From: Amphiscolops sp. MND2022
Lineage: Eukaryota
DNA: 64,000 nucleotides
Assembly: GCA_964187785.1 (NCBI GenBank)
Contig: OZ076409.1
Span: forward strand, 3,722,001-3,786,000
Reading direction: 5' to 3'
Shown: positions 10,438 through 23,006 of the stretch, one piece after another
Position numbering within the stretch: the first letter of the stretch is position 1
Layout of the letters: every line of letters begins with the position of its first letter
Made by a program: the position numbers and the translations under genes
Notes under the pieces: model-generated
Seen by the model: only the letters and a program-made list of their open reading frames with translations
The model's database searches: none
What the model was told of the DNA's origin: nothing

Positions 10438-10866
10438 GTTCCTTCTTGTTCTTGTTCTTTTTGAGCTTTTCTTACAAGCTTTCGAAAATTTTAGCATTTT
10501 CGCGATTCAATTGATCTATCGAAACTGCTTTGCCCTTTATGTATCAGGATGTCAGGCTTTCAACCTAAACAGCTGAGCGAATGAACATCAAATCTTGTGA
10601 TTGGCACATCAATCGACGGATTATATAAGTTCAAAGAATTGGAGGTTCTGGATTCAGCTGGTTTACCTGAAGTTCCAGCCCTAACACTTCATTTTCCCCA
10701 GAACGATTGCAACCTTCAACAACCACTTAGTCAAAAGAAATTTGACCGGCTGAATTTTTCTCCCAACAGTCGGCTACATTCCATCAACCTGCCTGTAATA
10801 TCACCTCATTTCAATCGTCATTCTGATCACAACATCTCTTACCGAGACTGCATCCAAACTTCCACA

Positions 10867-12227
10867 TGTTTTCTCTAACCTCTAACACGCTCTCACCATT
10901 GTCGTCATCTCGTCATAGAGAAGGAGAAACCTATGACGTGGGTATTTGCCCGGGACAGGCGCCCATAGCCATAGGCCCATTTTGCCTCCTGTGTAAAAGT
11001 TGTCCCGTCAGGAGGGTGTAGTCGTCTCTTAGGGAGCCCCCGCCACCTTTATCCAGTCGTTTATTGCTAACAGTAACGGGCACTTCGCTTTGTCTTCGGA
11101 ACCACCGCTTAGTTAGCCTTTAAAAACATTCCGAAAGGAAGTATAAATGTAAACTTCGCCATTCAAGGTGACTTGGGGAATAATATCTAAAGTGGCTAAG
11201 TAGCCATCAAATCACAACAAAATGCAACATTTTCGTCGATAACAATTATTTGGCAATGTCCGCATTCAGTTTGCAAGCTGGTGCACCACGGGCACAGCTT
11301 CACGAATTAGATGGAAAGACTCATCTTTACGGGTTTCGCTATTTAAGGTAGCAAACTGCTGAAATCAAGGTTAGCTCCTGTAAATGAGTCTCTTTTCAGA
11401 GGTTTTTGCAGTCTCTGGCGTCTGTTGTGGCGGCTGCTCTTATGTTTTTGCTCGTTCTTGCTCTTTGTTGTCGAAGTACATGCCAATTTTGTGGAAACAG
11501 CGAAAAGAGCAATCACATGCTCAGTGCCACGTCAAAGATCGAATTAGATTTTTTGACAAAATTCTGAACATGTCAAAGTTGCAATTTCGGCTGATTTCGC
11601 TGTACTAGAGGGTGCCGTTACGAACGAATTCCCACCTTCATGGAGACGAGAGAGCAACTTCTGTTCAGATAAACAGCAAAAAAGAATGTGAAGTTAGACG
11701 GTTTTACAATGTCCCCACACTTTATCACGCTTAACTGAATGCCTTTCAAAGAAAACTTGTAGTTTTCAAGGTAACACAATATCTTAAAATGACCCATAAA
11801 AATCAAAACTCCAATTGTTTTTTTAAAAAAAAAATTCGAGATTTTTTGAAACCTTTGTAAAATTTTCACTTAAAATCGTTCGATAGAAAACATATAGTTA
11901 TCAACCGCAATTAATTGGTAAATGTTCAGGGCTTTTAAAAACAATTCCGTGTTAGAAAAAAGCCTCATATTGTCAACAAAAAGTCGAAAAATCCAAACTG
12001 TTCCAATATATGTTTTTTATGCAGTTTAATCACAACTTTGGAGAAATTTTGAAAAAAGGAGTCTCAAAACATTTAGAAACGAACAAATGAGCTATGTAGG
12101 ATTTTTTGAAGGAAGAACTGCCGTCTTTTGCTCCAAAAACACTTCAGAATGATTCCAATGAGTCCCAAAATAGGAAAATAGATTTTTTTCGTAAATTTTG
12201 TGAAACGTTTGAACCGCTTCGATTACA
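10867..12227 (-). repeat. Putative 3' LTR
   Basis: Direct repeat of 18916-20283. Confidence 0.7.
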
Positions 12228-13299
12228 TCCCTTCGCTTACATCCCTCACCGGACTTCATGCATGACATCTCTGTCATGCGGGTAGCCGGTATTGAACACA
12301 TCCCCATATCATCTTTGCAATCCATTGGGAATTGAAACTGATGTTTTACAAGAGTACAATAGCACTATCATCTTTGGCGGTTTGGGCAACACTGAGATTT
12401 TGTTTCATTTCATCTATCGAGCCTGCATCGTCTATTGACTGCCAAAACTAGAGCTAGCTATCGAGCTGGACAACAAGTACTCAAAAATACACTTTCAAAC
12501 AAATCAAAATCTTTATTTTTCATATCCATCTAAGAGCATCCTTTGGTTGAAACAAGTTTTTTGCACTGAGATCGAAAAAAAATCGTTCTAGCACTGTGAT
12601 GTTTTTGCGATTGAACTTTCTTTTGGAGCCCTGAGGCGCAGTGGTGCGGTTTCATTTCAAAACTTGTTTTCCACACCAGAAAAAACTCAGTTTGAAGAAC
12701 AGTTGAAAGTTGTTTTCACTAAAACTTCTTTTCAGCGGAAACGCCACTGTTTGAAAGGAAGACAAGTTGTTTTTTGAAACTATTTTGTTCTACATTTGGG
12801 TTGGTTTGGGCAACACGCACTGTTATGTAGCTCCATACCCGTATTCAGTTCGGTAGCAGCTTTTTAGGAACGTATCAAAAACAAGTTACAACATGCTTGT
12901 GAGAAGTAGCACTGAAGCAAAGGTAGACAAAAAGCTGCTATCTAGATATTTTGAGCTCGCGAGCTCCGTAGGACGAATTATCGCGTTGAGTCTCATGGAA
13001 AAACTTCTGAATCACTTGAAATTATGTTTTCCAGGATTGGAACTGTAGAGTAGACAAAAACAAAAAAATATGAAGAAAAAGCGCCCAACAAAAATAACGT
13101 GCCACATACCATTTTTCTGGTCGACCTTGCACTACTGAGATGTTTTTGATATCGAACTTTACTGATAGCATTAAATCGCTAAGTTAAATAAAAACCGGAA
13201 GAAAAAAGTTTTAGTGTGAAGTTCTGGTTGCAACCATCAAATTCGATTGAAAATTACATACACTCAGAAATTCATTACTGCAAGTAGTGACAACATCCG

Positions 13300-14900
13300 T
13301 AGGTAGTCAACTTGCGTTGAGGAGAACCAGGGTGTCTTCTCTCCATTTGGACTCCCCGGACTGTAATCATTGAACGCCGTTTCTCAACGATTACTTTTGG
13401 TTGTCGACGATATTGAGACTGATAAGTCTCACAGAGGACAGGTGTTTGGACTGCAGCCAGGTCAATGACCCTTCGGTCTGTTCGATCATGCTGTTAGAAA
13501 GGTTTCTGTGACTAAGCGTGGTGGACGACCAGGTCTGTGACCAGTGGGTCGAGTTTTGTTTGAACTACCAGGCAACCTTGCTTTGAAGAACTCCGGGTCA
13601 ATGTGATAATATTGGTGTGGACCACGTCAGGCAGATGTTACTTTCGATAGACTTGGCAGCAACTGAGAAGTTGATATTAGGGACTTTGTTCCAGGAAAGT
13701 GAGAGTTCTCAGCCAAAGTCAACGGATTCGTCAATGAATATTCGTCGAAGCAAGAACTTGGAGTTAAGGATACACTCTCTCCCCCCTTTGATTTTGCAAA
13801 AACATAATAAGTCATCCTAGGTTGCACAATAGAGATGTGACCGCGCAATGGATTATTTTGGAACGTCAGTGGTAGGTATTTTGCTGCCTTTCGAACGTAA
13901 CCATTGTCTTCGAGACTGCGAAGGACGTCTATTCAACAAACGAAAATGAGATAGATTGTCAGAGATAGATTGCAAAATATCGTGATGCAACATTGAAGTT
14001 TGGTCTGCGTGAAAGGAAACATGCCGCTGGTTTGACCGCAAATTAACAAACGTGATGGTCGAAGTTTCGAAGTGAGGAGCCCGCGGAGCTCCTGTGTTTG
14101 AGACTAAGTAGCTGTTGTTCTCGTCGACAGGCATGGCATTGTGTTTTTCAGCGCACAAGTCTGCGAGGACGAGATCAATGCCGGGACCCAGAATTTCGTA
14201 ATCAGTGGGCAGCGGCAGAAACTCGGATCCGGGTGCAGGTTGGAAATGAAGTTCTTCAGCAAAACTGTTTTTTTGAGAATCAAGTACTTGATGGCGTCCA
14301 TGATCGCAAGTCGAATTGATACGCCAATGAGACCCACAATCATCACATATCGGATTTCTGTCGGAAGTTTGTCTGAGCCGCTCGTATTGCAATTCTTGAA
14401 TGAACCAATCGAGCAACTCGAGCTCGTAAAGAATTTCTTGTCTATCAATTTGATTCATGACGGTCAATAATTGCTGGACGAACTCTATCAACGTTTCATC
14501 ACCTAGGTCAGAGACCTCTGCGGCTATATCTAAACATTGTCGTCCTTCTTGAACATTTAGCTTGAACTCAGTGATGGCATCATGTGGTTGTTTGAGTATC
14601 TCCTACCGAAAATTGTTTGAGAGGAATCGAATCCAGTAACTCAATAGAGAGTCGAACATGATCCTTTCTTTGAGTTCCAGGTATACTTGGATTGACTTTG
14701 ATTGGCAATATTGAGCTCAATTGAGTCTTTGGTGGCTCACGTGTACCCACATGGTCAAATGAGCTTGCAATAGGCTTCAGAGTTGATAGAGCTGCCATTT
14801 GTTGGTCATGATAAGGTTCCATCTTTGTTTCGTCTAGGGGAGTGCGTAAACACCGTTCAAGTTTGACACGTGTTTCGTCTAGATTGTTCACAGAGACCAT
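13300..14900 (-). pseudogene. Highly decayed gag/pol-like remnant
   Basis: ORFs 14580-14900 and 13853-14491 can be joined by one frameshift. CDDC..H knuckle-like motif; IDLVLAD and DPLVTDLVVHH weakly recall BEL/Pao protease and integrase-proximal motifs. Confidence 0.3.
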
Positions 14901-17900
14901 TGTCCTGTCTTGCCAAGAGACATAAGATACATAAGAGCCAATATATCATCAGGCAGCAGATCAGGAAGGATAACTTGAGTTTGGGTTGATAGTTTTCTTT
15001 TCATTGGCTAATTTACATTCGGACCAAGTGAGAAGTCTCCGATGGTTTTTCTGTTCAAATTATATCTCGGACTCGTATTTTGTGCCCGCGCGCGTTTCAC
15101 TATTTCGCTGTTCTCCGATATCACTCTCGTGCTTGGTAAAAAATGGCGATTTCTTGATAAAAGCCTGACTTTTTGTCCAAAAACTGGTCATTTTGACAAA
15201 ATCACTTTTTTGTCACCTTGTTTTTCTGCAAAATGAGTTTTGTCAATGTAATTTCGAGAACCAATAACATTCACAAAAGGAGCACAGCACTATGCACACT
15301 GCTCAATGGGCTCGAAAATATTGCTTTTGAACAACATGGTGCAATGTTCGTGAATTATGTACAGCAAACACACGGGCGAGTTGTTCTTTGACGTATTTAT
15401 TTTCGAAAAACTTTGGTGTTTAGTAACTGTTCGAAAGTGTTATATTTACAACTGAGGAAATTTTTGGTGCTGATACTACTTAATGCCCAAAAAACACAAA
15501 ATTGAGGCACCAAAGCGGTCAAGAAAGGTTTTAAAATCGAACAGTCCTGCAAAATATTTGGCGCAAGGAGGGCACAATTCCTAAAATCACGTAATTTTGA
15601 TTAACTCTGATCCCTCAGGGTCCTTTTTTGATGTTCAAAACGCTGTGCAGTCTTCTAGGGTAAAGTGTTTAAGTAGGATGTTTGTGAAATCAAACCCGGA
15701 GTGTCCCTAGGCACTTACAAACTTTCAATTTGAACTTTACAAAAATCAATATTCGAAGCTTCAGGGTTGTCCAAAATGTTTGACCCTTGCCGGCAATTTT
15801 TTGAGCCGTAGGATTTCCTTTTTTGCACCAGGGAAAGTTGCTAGGTCCGTACTGTTGGAATATGAACGCTTTTTGTCCGTGCCTTCTGTACAGCGGAACT
15901 ATTCGGGTTTTACACTGTTCGTATTTTGACAGTTTTTAGTCATTTTTTGAGGCGCGTGTCTGAATACAGTCAAGAATAGTTCTAGCAGTCGTAGTTTGCT
16001 AAAATTCGCACAGCGCGTGCTGTGAGGTACGCAGGATGGAAAATGAACCTCCTGAATTGAATATTTGCTTCCAGAATTGGGATAGAGTCTTTTTCAAGGG
16101 TTTCTGAGGTTTCGGATTTTTTCAAAAAACACTCATGTCGCTCGTATACGCGTTGTAAGCGCAGGACTGGACTCAAAATTGATCACACAATCCCACGTAT
16201 AGCCAGATACACTGCAATGAGCACCATGTGGGGCTCGGACGGTTGGGCAAGATATAGATCTGTAATAGGTGTTCAGTATCACCGTGTCTCAATCGACACA
16301 AGTTGCCACGTGCAATCAAAGACTCTCATCTACAGTGTTGAGCTCGCGAGCTCACTTTGTCAGCAACGGTGCACCAAATGACACTGACAACAATGATCGA
16401 GAGCAATGTAGTCCCAACTTTCCGCCGATAGCTCCCATAAAAGGTCCAACTCGCAACAATACACAGGAAATCACAACTATAAGTAACAGAGTGCTGTGTT
16501 GCAGTAGGTCAGTCCACTTGATACTGTCCAAAATTCACACGTACAGCAAAGTATGCACGAATAGGAGTACACACTAAGGGTTTCCACTGGTTCCCAGCAC
16601 GTAAAGGTGGCTTTTACCCCCACTTTCCCAACTTTTGTCTCGGTGGAACCTTTAACCGAAACAAAGTATATGCACGTCCGAGAAGTGCCGAAATTGCTTC
16701 CAAGAGTCTCAGCAAGCTGAAAAGTATACAACAGTTCAGGATTGGTGCACTGATCCAAAAAGTGAGTCCAGAATCGGGATATTAGGCTTCAGTCATCAGT
16801 CAGAGGGTTTTGTTCGTATTATTTATGTTTTTCAGATTCACATGAAAAAAAACGTAAATGGCTAGCGCTCCTGCTAGAAACATAGGATTAACCTCCAAAA
16901 CTGCCACACAATCTCACGTATGCTGAGGTACATGAGAATAAATGCTAATTTGAGCTGGGGTGACCAGGTGAAGTTTCAACATGGTACAGACGTTCCGTAT
17001 CACTGTGTTCCGAAATACACAGTTTTTCACGTGTCATTCACGATCCCGGACAACGGTAAAGAGCTCCCAAGGTCTTTTTTCGGTAACGATACAACAATTA
17101 TCACTGGTTACAATGCTGGGTAGTAATTTGGCCCCACTCTTCGACTAAAGTGTTCAGGCTACTTCAAAAAACTTCAAAAAATTTACCTTTTTGCACCACT
17201 TTTTGTGCAGTGCGTTTTCGTTAATTGCTCAACAAATATTGCATCAATCGACACAAAATAAGATAGACACTGTTAGTGGGCACCAACAATGCTAGTGGAA
17301 CGGTCAAAATGAAGCACGGATGCTTTGTTGAGGTTCCGACTAGGTACAGATTCTACTTCCGAAAAACAGTAATTTTTGACAAATTGTCTAAGAGGGTCAC
17401 TCCAAGGAATGTTACGGAAGGCAACCAAGTGCCAATTCGTTATCCCACTTGCTGTAGCACTGAAAGTTTTCATTAGGTAAAGGGCACTGTCGGTTCTGTA
17501 GTTTTGGAAAGTTTCGGCAGTTTTTACTCTTTCTGAGGTCAAAACGTCAGAGCGCTTTTCTCAACGTTGGTAAACGCTAAGCTCAGTGCAAGCGTTAATT
17601 TTGATGGCGGTTGCGAAATTGCAACAATCGTTTTAAGGTAGGGTCTTGATATCTATGATACGACCTTTCTTTTGGGACAGTCGGGATTGATGAGAAAATG
17701 AGGTATTTCAGTGCGTTTTCCAACTTTTCGGAGCACTGAAAAAAAATTTGTTTGCGGTTTTGTCCGTCACACGTCGCTTATACTATATAAACAGAAAGTT
17801 TGAGCTCTCTAGCTCCTAGCTAACAAAAAGACTGAGTGCCCCAGACGTTTTAATGGTGTACTCGGACTCTCCTGAAACTACCCCGAAATCAAGGTTTTAT

Positions 17901-18892
17901 GACTTTTCTCGCTAAGAAAACCTTCAAAACCTGATCAAACGTTGTTTTCTGGGCCATGGAATGTGCCCCGAAGTCGTAGCAGCATGGGAGAGGCAATTAC
18001 ATTACTCTACAGTACTCTCCCAGTGACAGATTTTAGTGGGTTTTTGCCAAAATCACAAAAATGCGTGTTTTTTCATACAAAATGCGTCTGAAAAAATGAC
18101 CAACTACTTTTCTGGTTATCCTTGCATTATGTATCAAACCTCTTGAGGTCTTGGGTTACTTTCAATTCATTTTTTCAACTGCTTTGTCTTATATCCAGAG
18201 CGCTCGCGCTCGTACCAAGAAAAGTATTAAAAAAGCCCAATACGACGTTTTTGCAACTTTTGCCCTGAAAATAGCACTTTGTTTCGTTGAAAACAGGTGC
18301 AAAAGCAAACATTGAGTTGCAACAGGGATAAACTAGCATGACCAATCAATTCCTCAAGAAAAATACGCAATCGAAAATTTTTTCATACCGTACTCCAAAA
18401 AGCCGGTTCTTCCAGAATGGTGGGTGGTACCTTCGCCGTCTTTTTTTCTCAACACCCAGACCAGCCAGCGAGACACGGTTTAGAACGTCCGCAACGTCAG
18501 GACTTGTTCTAACTTTCCACCAAATCCCATCTTCCTTTGACGTCCGTAGCAGAAATGGGAAAGGAGAGTCGGGAACACTAGTTTCAACTCATCAATCGGT
18601 CAGATGGAGTATGGCGCATCCATCAGTTTCACCTCTCGTACATAAGCGCAAACCACTAAAAACAGCTAGAAAAACCTGTTAAACACCACTAATAAACCAT
18701 CGGTATTCGGAAAAGTTCCTTAAAAAACGGACAGAATAACTGACACGGGACACTGTCAAAACATCAAACTGTGAAATTGGAGGGAAAACTCTGCGTAAAC
18801 ATCTCCAACCAGAGCCAGGCCATACTTGGCGTTGATCACCACAGAGCCGTTTTTTTAAAAACCATTAAGGGAAGCGCTCCAAGATGACACGC

Positions 18893-18910
18893 GTCCCTCT
18901 GTGGTCGCCA
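18893..18910 (-). promoter_or_regulatory. Primer-binding site, tRNA-Arg-like
   Basis: TGGCGACCACAGAGGGAC, 5 nt inside the LTR end. Confidence 0.7.
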
Positions 18911-18915
18911 TAAAA

Positions 18916-20283
18916 TGTTGTCTCCATGTAACGACAAGCTCTCACAATTGTCGTCATCTCGTCATAGAGAAGAAGGAACCTTTGACATGGGTATTTGCCC
19001 GGGACAGGCGCCCATAGACATAGGCCCATTTTGCTTCCTGGGTAAAAGTTGTCCCGTTAGGAGGGGGTCATCGTCTCTTAGGGAGCCCTCGTCAGCTTTA
19101 TCCAGTCGTTTATTGCTAACAGTAACGGGCACTTCGCTTTGTCTTCGGAACCACCGCTTAGTTAGCCTTTAAAAACATTCCGAAAGGAAGTATAAATGTA
19201 AACTTCGCCATTCAAGGTGACTTGGGGAATAATATCTAAAATGGCTAAGTAGCCATCAAATCACAACAAAATGCAACATTTTCGTCGATAACAATTATTT
19301 GGCAATGTCCGCATTCAGTTTGCAAGCTGGTGCACCACGGGCACAGCTTCACGAATTAGATGGAAAGACTCATCTTTACGGGTTTCGCTATTTAAGGTAG
19401 CAAACTGCTGAAATCAAGGTTAGCTCCTGTAAATGAGTCTCTTTTCAGAGGTTTTTGCAGTCTCTGGCGTCTGTTGTGGCGGCTGCTCTTATGTTTTTGC
19501 TCGTTCTTGCTCTTTGTTGTCGAAGTACATGCCAATTTTGTGGAAACAGCGAAAAGAGCAATCACATGCTCAGTGCCACGTCAAAGATCGAATTAGATTT
19601 TTTGACAAAATTCTGAACATGTCAAAGTTGCAATTTCGGCTGATTTCGCTGTACTAGAGGGTGCCGTTACGAACGAATTCCTACCTTCATGGAGACGAGA
19701 GAGCAACTTCTGTTCAGATAAACAGCAAAAAAGAATGTGAAGTTAGACGGTTTTACAATGTCCCCACACTTTATCACGCTTAACTGAATGCCTTTCAAAA
19801 GAAAACTTGTAGTTTTCAAGGTAACACAATATCTTAAAATGACCCATAAAAATCAAAACTCCAATTGTTTTTTTTAAAAACAATTCGAGATTTTTTGAAA
19901 CCTTTGTAAAATTTTCACTTAAAATCGTTCGATAGAAAACATATAGTTATCAACCGCAATTAATTGGTAAATGTTCAGGGCTTTTAAAAAACAATTCCGT
20001 GTTAGAAAAAAGCCTCATATTGTCAACAAAAAGTCGAAAAATCCAAACTGTTCCAATATATGTTTTTTATGCAGTTTAATCACAACTTTGGAGAAATTTT
20101 GAAAAGAAAGGAGTCTCAAAACCTTTAGAAACGAAAAATGAGCTATGTAGGATTTTTTGAAGGAAGAACTGCAGTCTTTTGCTCCAAAAACACTTCAGAA
20201 TGATCCCAATGAGTCCCAAAATAGGAAAATAGATTTTTTTTTCGTAAATTTTGTGAAACGTTTGAACCGCTTCGAAGGTTACA
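18916..20283 (-). repeat. Putative 5' LTR
   Basis: Direct repeat of 10867-12227, adjacent to the PBS. Confidence 0.7.
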
Positions 20284-21457
20284 ATGCTAAAAAAGAACAA
20301 CGATTGCAGTTGATGTCCAGGTGGTTTTTGAGTTTTGCAAACAGCCTCAAACTGACCGGAAAGATTCAAAAAGACCTCAATTTACAGCTTTTGATATTTT
20401 TAGTTATTGTTTGTGGTAAAAGTTTCGTACCTTAGACGGTTCCGAAAGTTCCCGACGATTTATCAAGGTTCACAGTCCTCTCTTAAAGGAAAACGTTGTA
20501 GCTTTCTAGGTGGAACAATTTCCAAATGACCCGAACTTCGAGTGTTTTATGAAAGTTTCGTAGCTTTTGTGAAATTTTGTTCGATAGAAGAACGTGAATT
20601 TTCAACAGCAAACAACGTTATCGGATAGGCTGTTTGAAAATGAATAGCCAGTTCACGTTAGAAAAGTGCCTCAAAATAAACCCAATATAGTAGAAAAACG
20701 CAGAGATTTTTGTGAACTTTAGGGCAATGTGGAGCATTTCGTGAGTTAGATTCTTTGAAATTTTGAAAAAGAACTAACTATGCAGTTTGCTTCACGACGC
20801 AAAGTATGCCGCCTCTGTGCGTTCATTCTGTGAGTGAACAGAATGAACTCAAAGTAGTCAAATTTTCGTGAATTAGGATCTAGAAAAACTCTACGACAAA
20901 TGGAACAGTTTTCCGGTAGTCAAATTTTCCGTTGTCCAATTTTCCATATACGATAAATGTGGGAAATAAACAACAAAACGTTTAGTGATATTGCTTCAGG
21001 CTTACCTGCTGGGTTACAAAACATGTTCAAAGTGTTTTTCAAAAAATCTCTTGCATTTTTTATTTAATTTGGTCATTAATCGATAAAAAACTTCAAAGAA
21101 TGCATCAACTGAATGTTTAATCAAAACAAAATCAATATACTTTTGTTGATTGTAATTGCTTGGTTCGACAATAAAATGGATTATCCGGAAAAATTAAGCT
21201 TTATGTTATTTTTTATGTTTTTTTCCAGCTAACCAAAAGCACTCAATAATTGCTGAGTGTTTTTGTGAGAGCAGACATCACAAAAAACAAACTCAATACT
21301 CACTTTGTTTCAGTCTTTGACGGATTCTCCACTTTTGTTTATTCACCTGTTGTTAACGTTCACCATATAGTCAGGGAAAAGGCAGCGCGTATCAAAAAAA
21401 TGCTCAAAAAACTCATCATTTTTTGAAAATTATAATCAAGCTTTCACAGCATTCTGA

Positions 21458-22699
21458 ATGAAGTTATTTCCGTTTTGGGCACATTTTCACATCTTCTTCG
21501 CTTTTTTGGATACTCTGGCTTCCAAAACAGTTCCGAGGGCGCAAAGCAGTGCCAGTTATGGCGATGGAAGGGCGGGAAAACGACTTTTGGGCCAGATAAT
21601 TGGTGGTCAGAGAGACATACCGAGAAGTTTCTGCCATCTTTCTTGTAACCGCAATCAACTATGTCGATCTTTCAATTTATGTGGTCGTGGAATTTGCCAG
21701 CTTAACAGAGATGATGTCTTTTCTTCACAGATGGGCGAAAACAATCTAATCGGGGATCCGAATTGCAGATATTTTGGCCAAGATCGGCTCGAGGAACCTA
21801 CGTGTAAGGAAAATGGCACTTTGAAAAGCATTCAAAATGATGAAAATCCTGGAGTTTGTAAGATCAACAAGAAAAGAATTGATCGCGAATGGGGGCCCTG
21901 GGAAGATATTATAACGGTGAACAACGCGAATGAGTTTGAGAAGGAAAGAGTTCAGCCGATGTTGGTAGATTTCGCTCATGGTGGAAAAATTGGTTCTGAC
22001 GAGATACGAGAAATCCGGTTAACGTGGGTGTATTGGGTTCGCGAGCTTAAAACTTGATCCGAGGCAAGAGACAATTGCGTTCAAAAAGGAGGACAGTTGT
22101 TTCACGCTTTGGACGGATCCGAGTCGCAATTAGACTGGCTATGGAGTAAGTGCGGAGGAGCTAAAGCATGGTTAGGGGGTTACACAGCAGACCATTCCAA
22201 GTGGTACTCAATCGCTGGGGGCGTTTTCAGTCCCAGTTCTCTGGTTTGGTTCCCAGGAGAACCAAGCGGTAATGATCGACCCTGGTTGAGAAAACGTAAA
22301 ATGAATCAGTCAGAATTTTGCAAAGACATACCTGGGTGTACAGGCTATGGTTTTCTGGTCAAGATTCATGGGTTCGTTATGTTGAGAATCCATTCCATGA
22401 TCATGAAAAGATATCCATGATTCATCGATGATTCATCGACTTAGATAAAATGTTGAGAAAACTTTGCCAGATGCTTGCAAAAGCCATTTTCCCGATAAAA
22501 ATATTGATCTTCATGAAATCTTGTCTCAATCTTTCAAAAGACAAAATTCTTACAAAGTTTCGCTAAGTTTCTCTCAAAATTTAACAAATACGAATTTTCC
22601 CAACTAGGGGGCGAGTTTCACCTGAATATCATGGAAGGCAGACTCAATGATGGATTGCAAACCAATCAGCTGCAAAGTATTTGCGATCTTCTGGCTTGA
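21458..22699 (+). pseudogene. Secreted PAN/apple-like plus C-type-lectin-domain gene, disrupted
   Basis: Signal-peptide-like N-terminus; CHLSCNRNQLCRSFNLC...CQLN; KT*SEARDNC...GGQLF...AWLGG...WFPGEPS. After a MITE it resumes in frame as GEFHLNIMEGRLND...SICDLLA*. In-frame TGA at 22055-22057 where Trp is expected. Confidence 0.75.
22280..22609. mobile_element. 330-bp MITE inserted in the lectin gene
   Basis: Imperfect TIRs CCCTGGTTGAGAAAA / TTTTCCCAACTAGGG; removing it restores the reading frame. Confidence 0.75.
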
Positions 22700-23006
22700 A
22701 TCATTCTTACGACGAGAATTCTCACAAAAGCGGTGCCTTTATTGCCAGTTTCATACTGAATAGTTCCAGCATAGCGCGAGTGTCTCCGAATATTTTTTGT
22801 TTCGTGTCTGACATTTTCAAGACACGGTGAACTACATGTGTGGCGTGGCACCATCTCACTTTTAATTCCAAACTTTTGTTCAAGTGTAACGTCAAGCTAG
22901 CGACGCACATACCAGAACTGGGACAGTACTTAGGTAGCCTGGACAGGAGACCAAAGTCTTACAACATGCCTAAATACTAGTTTTTCGTCCCTAAGGGTCT
23001 CCTGGG

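Larger units (their letters stand above)
10867..20283 (-). mobile_element. Degenerate, probably non-autonomous LTR retrotransposon, BEL/Pao-like
   Basis: Direct repeats of ~1.36 kb, both TGTT...TTACA. On the minus strand the right repeat ends CAACA, then TTTTA and a PBS TGGCGACCACAGAGGGAC. Decayed coding remnants inside. No TSD found. Confidence 0.6.
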
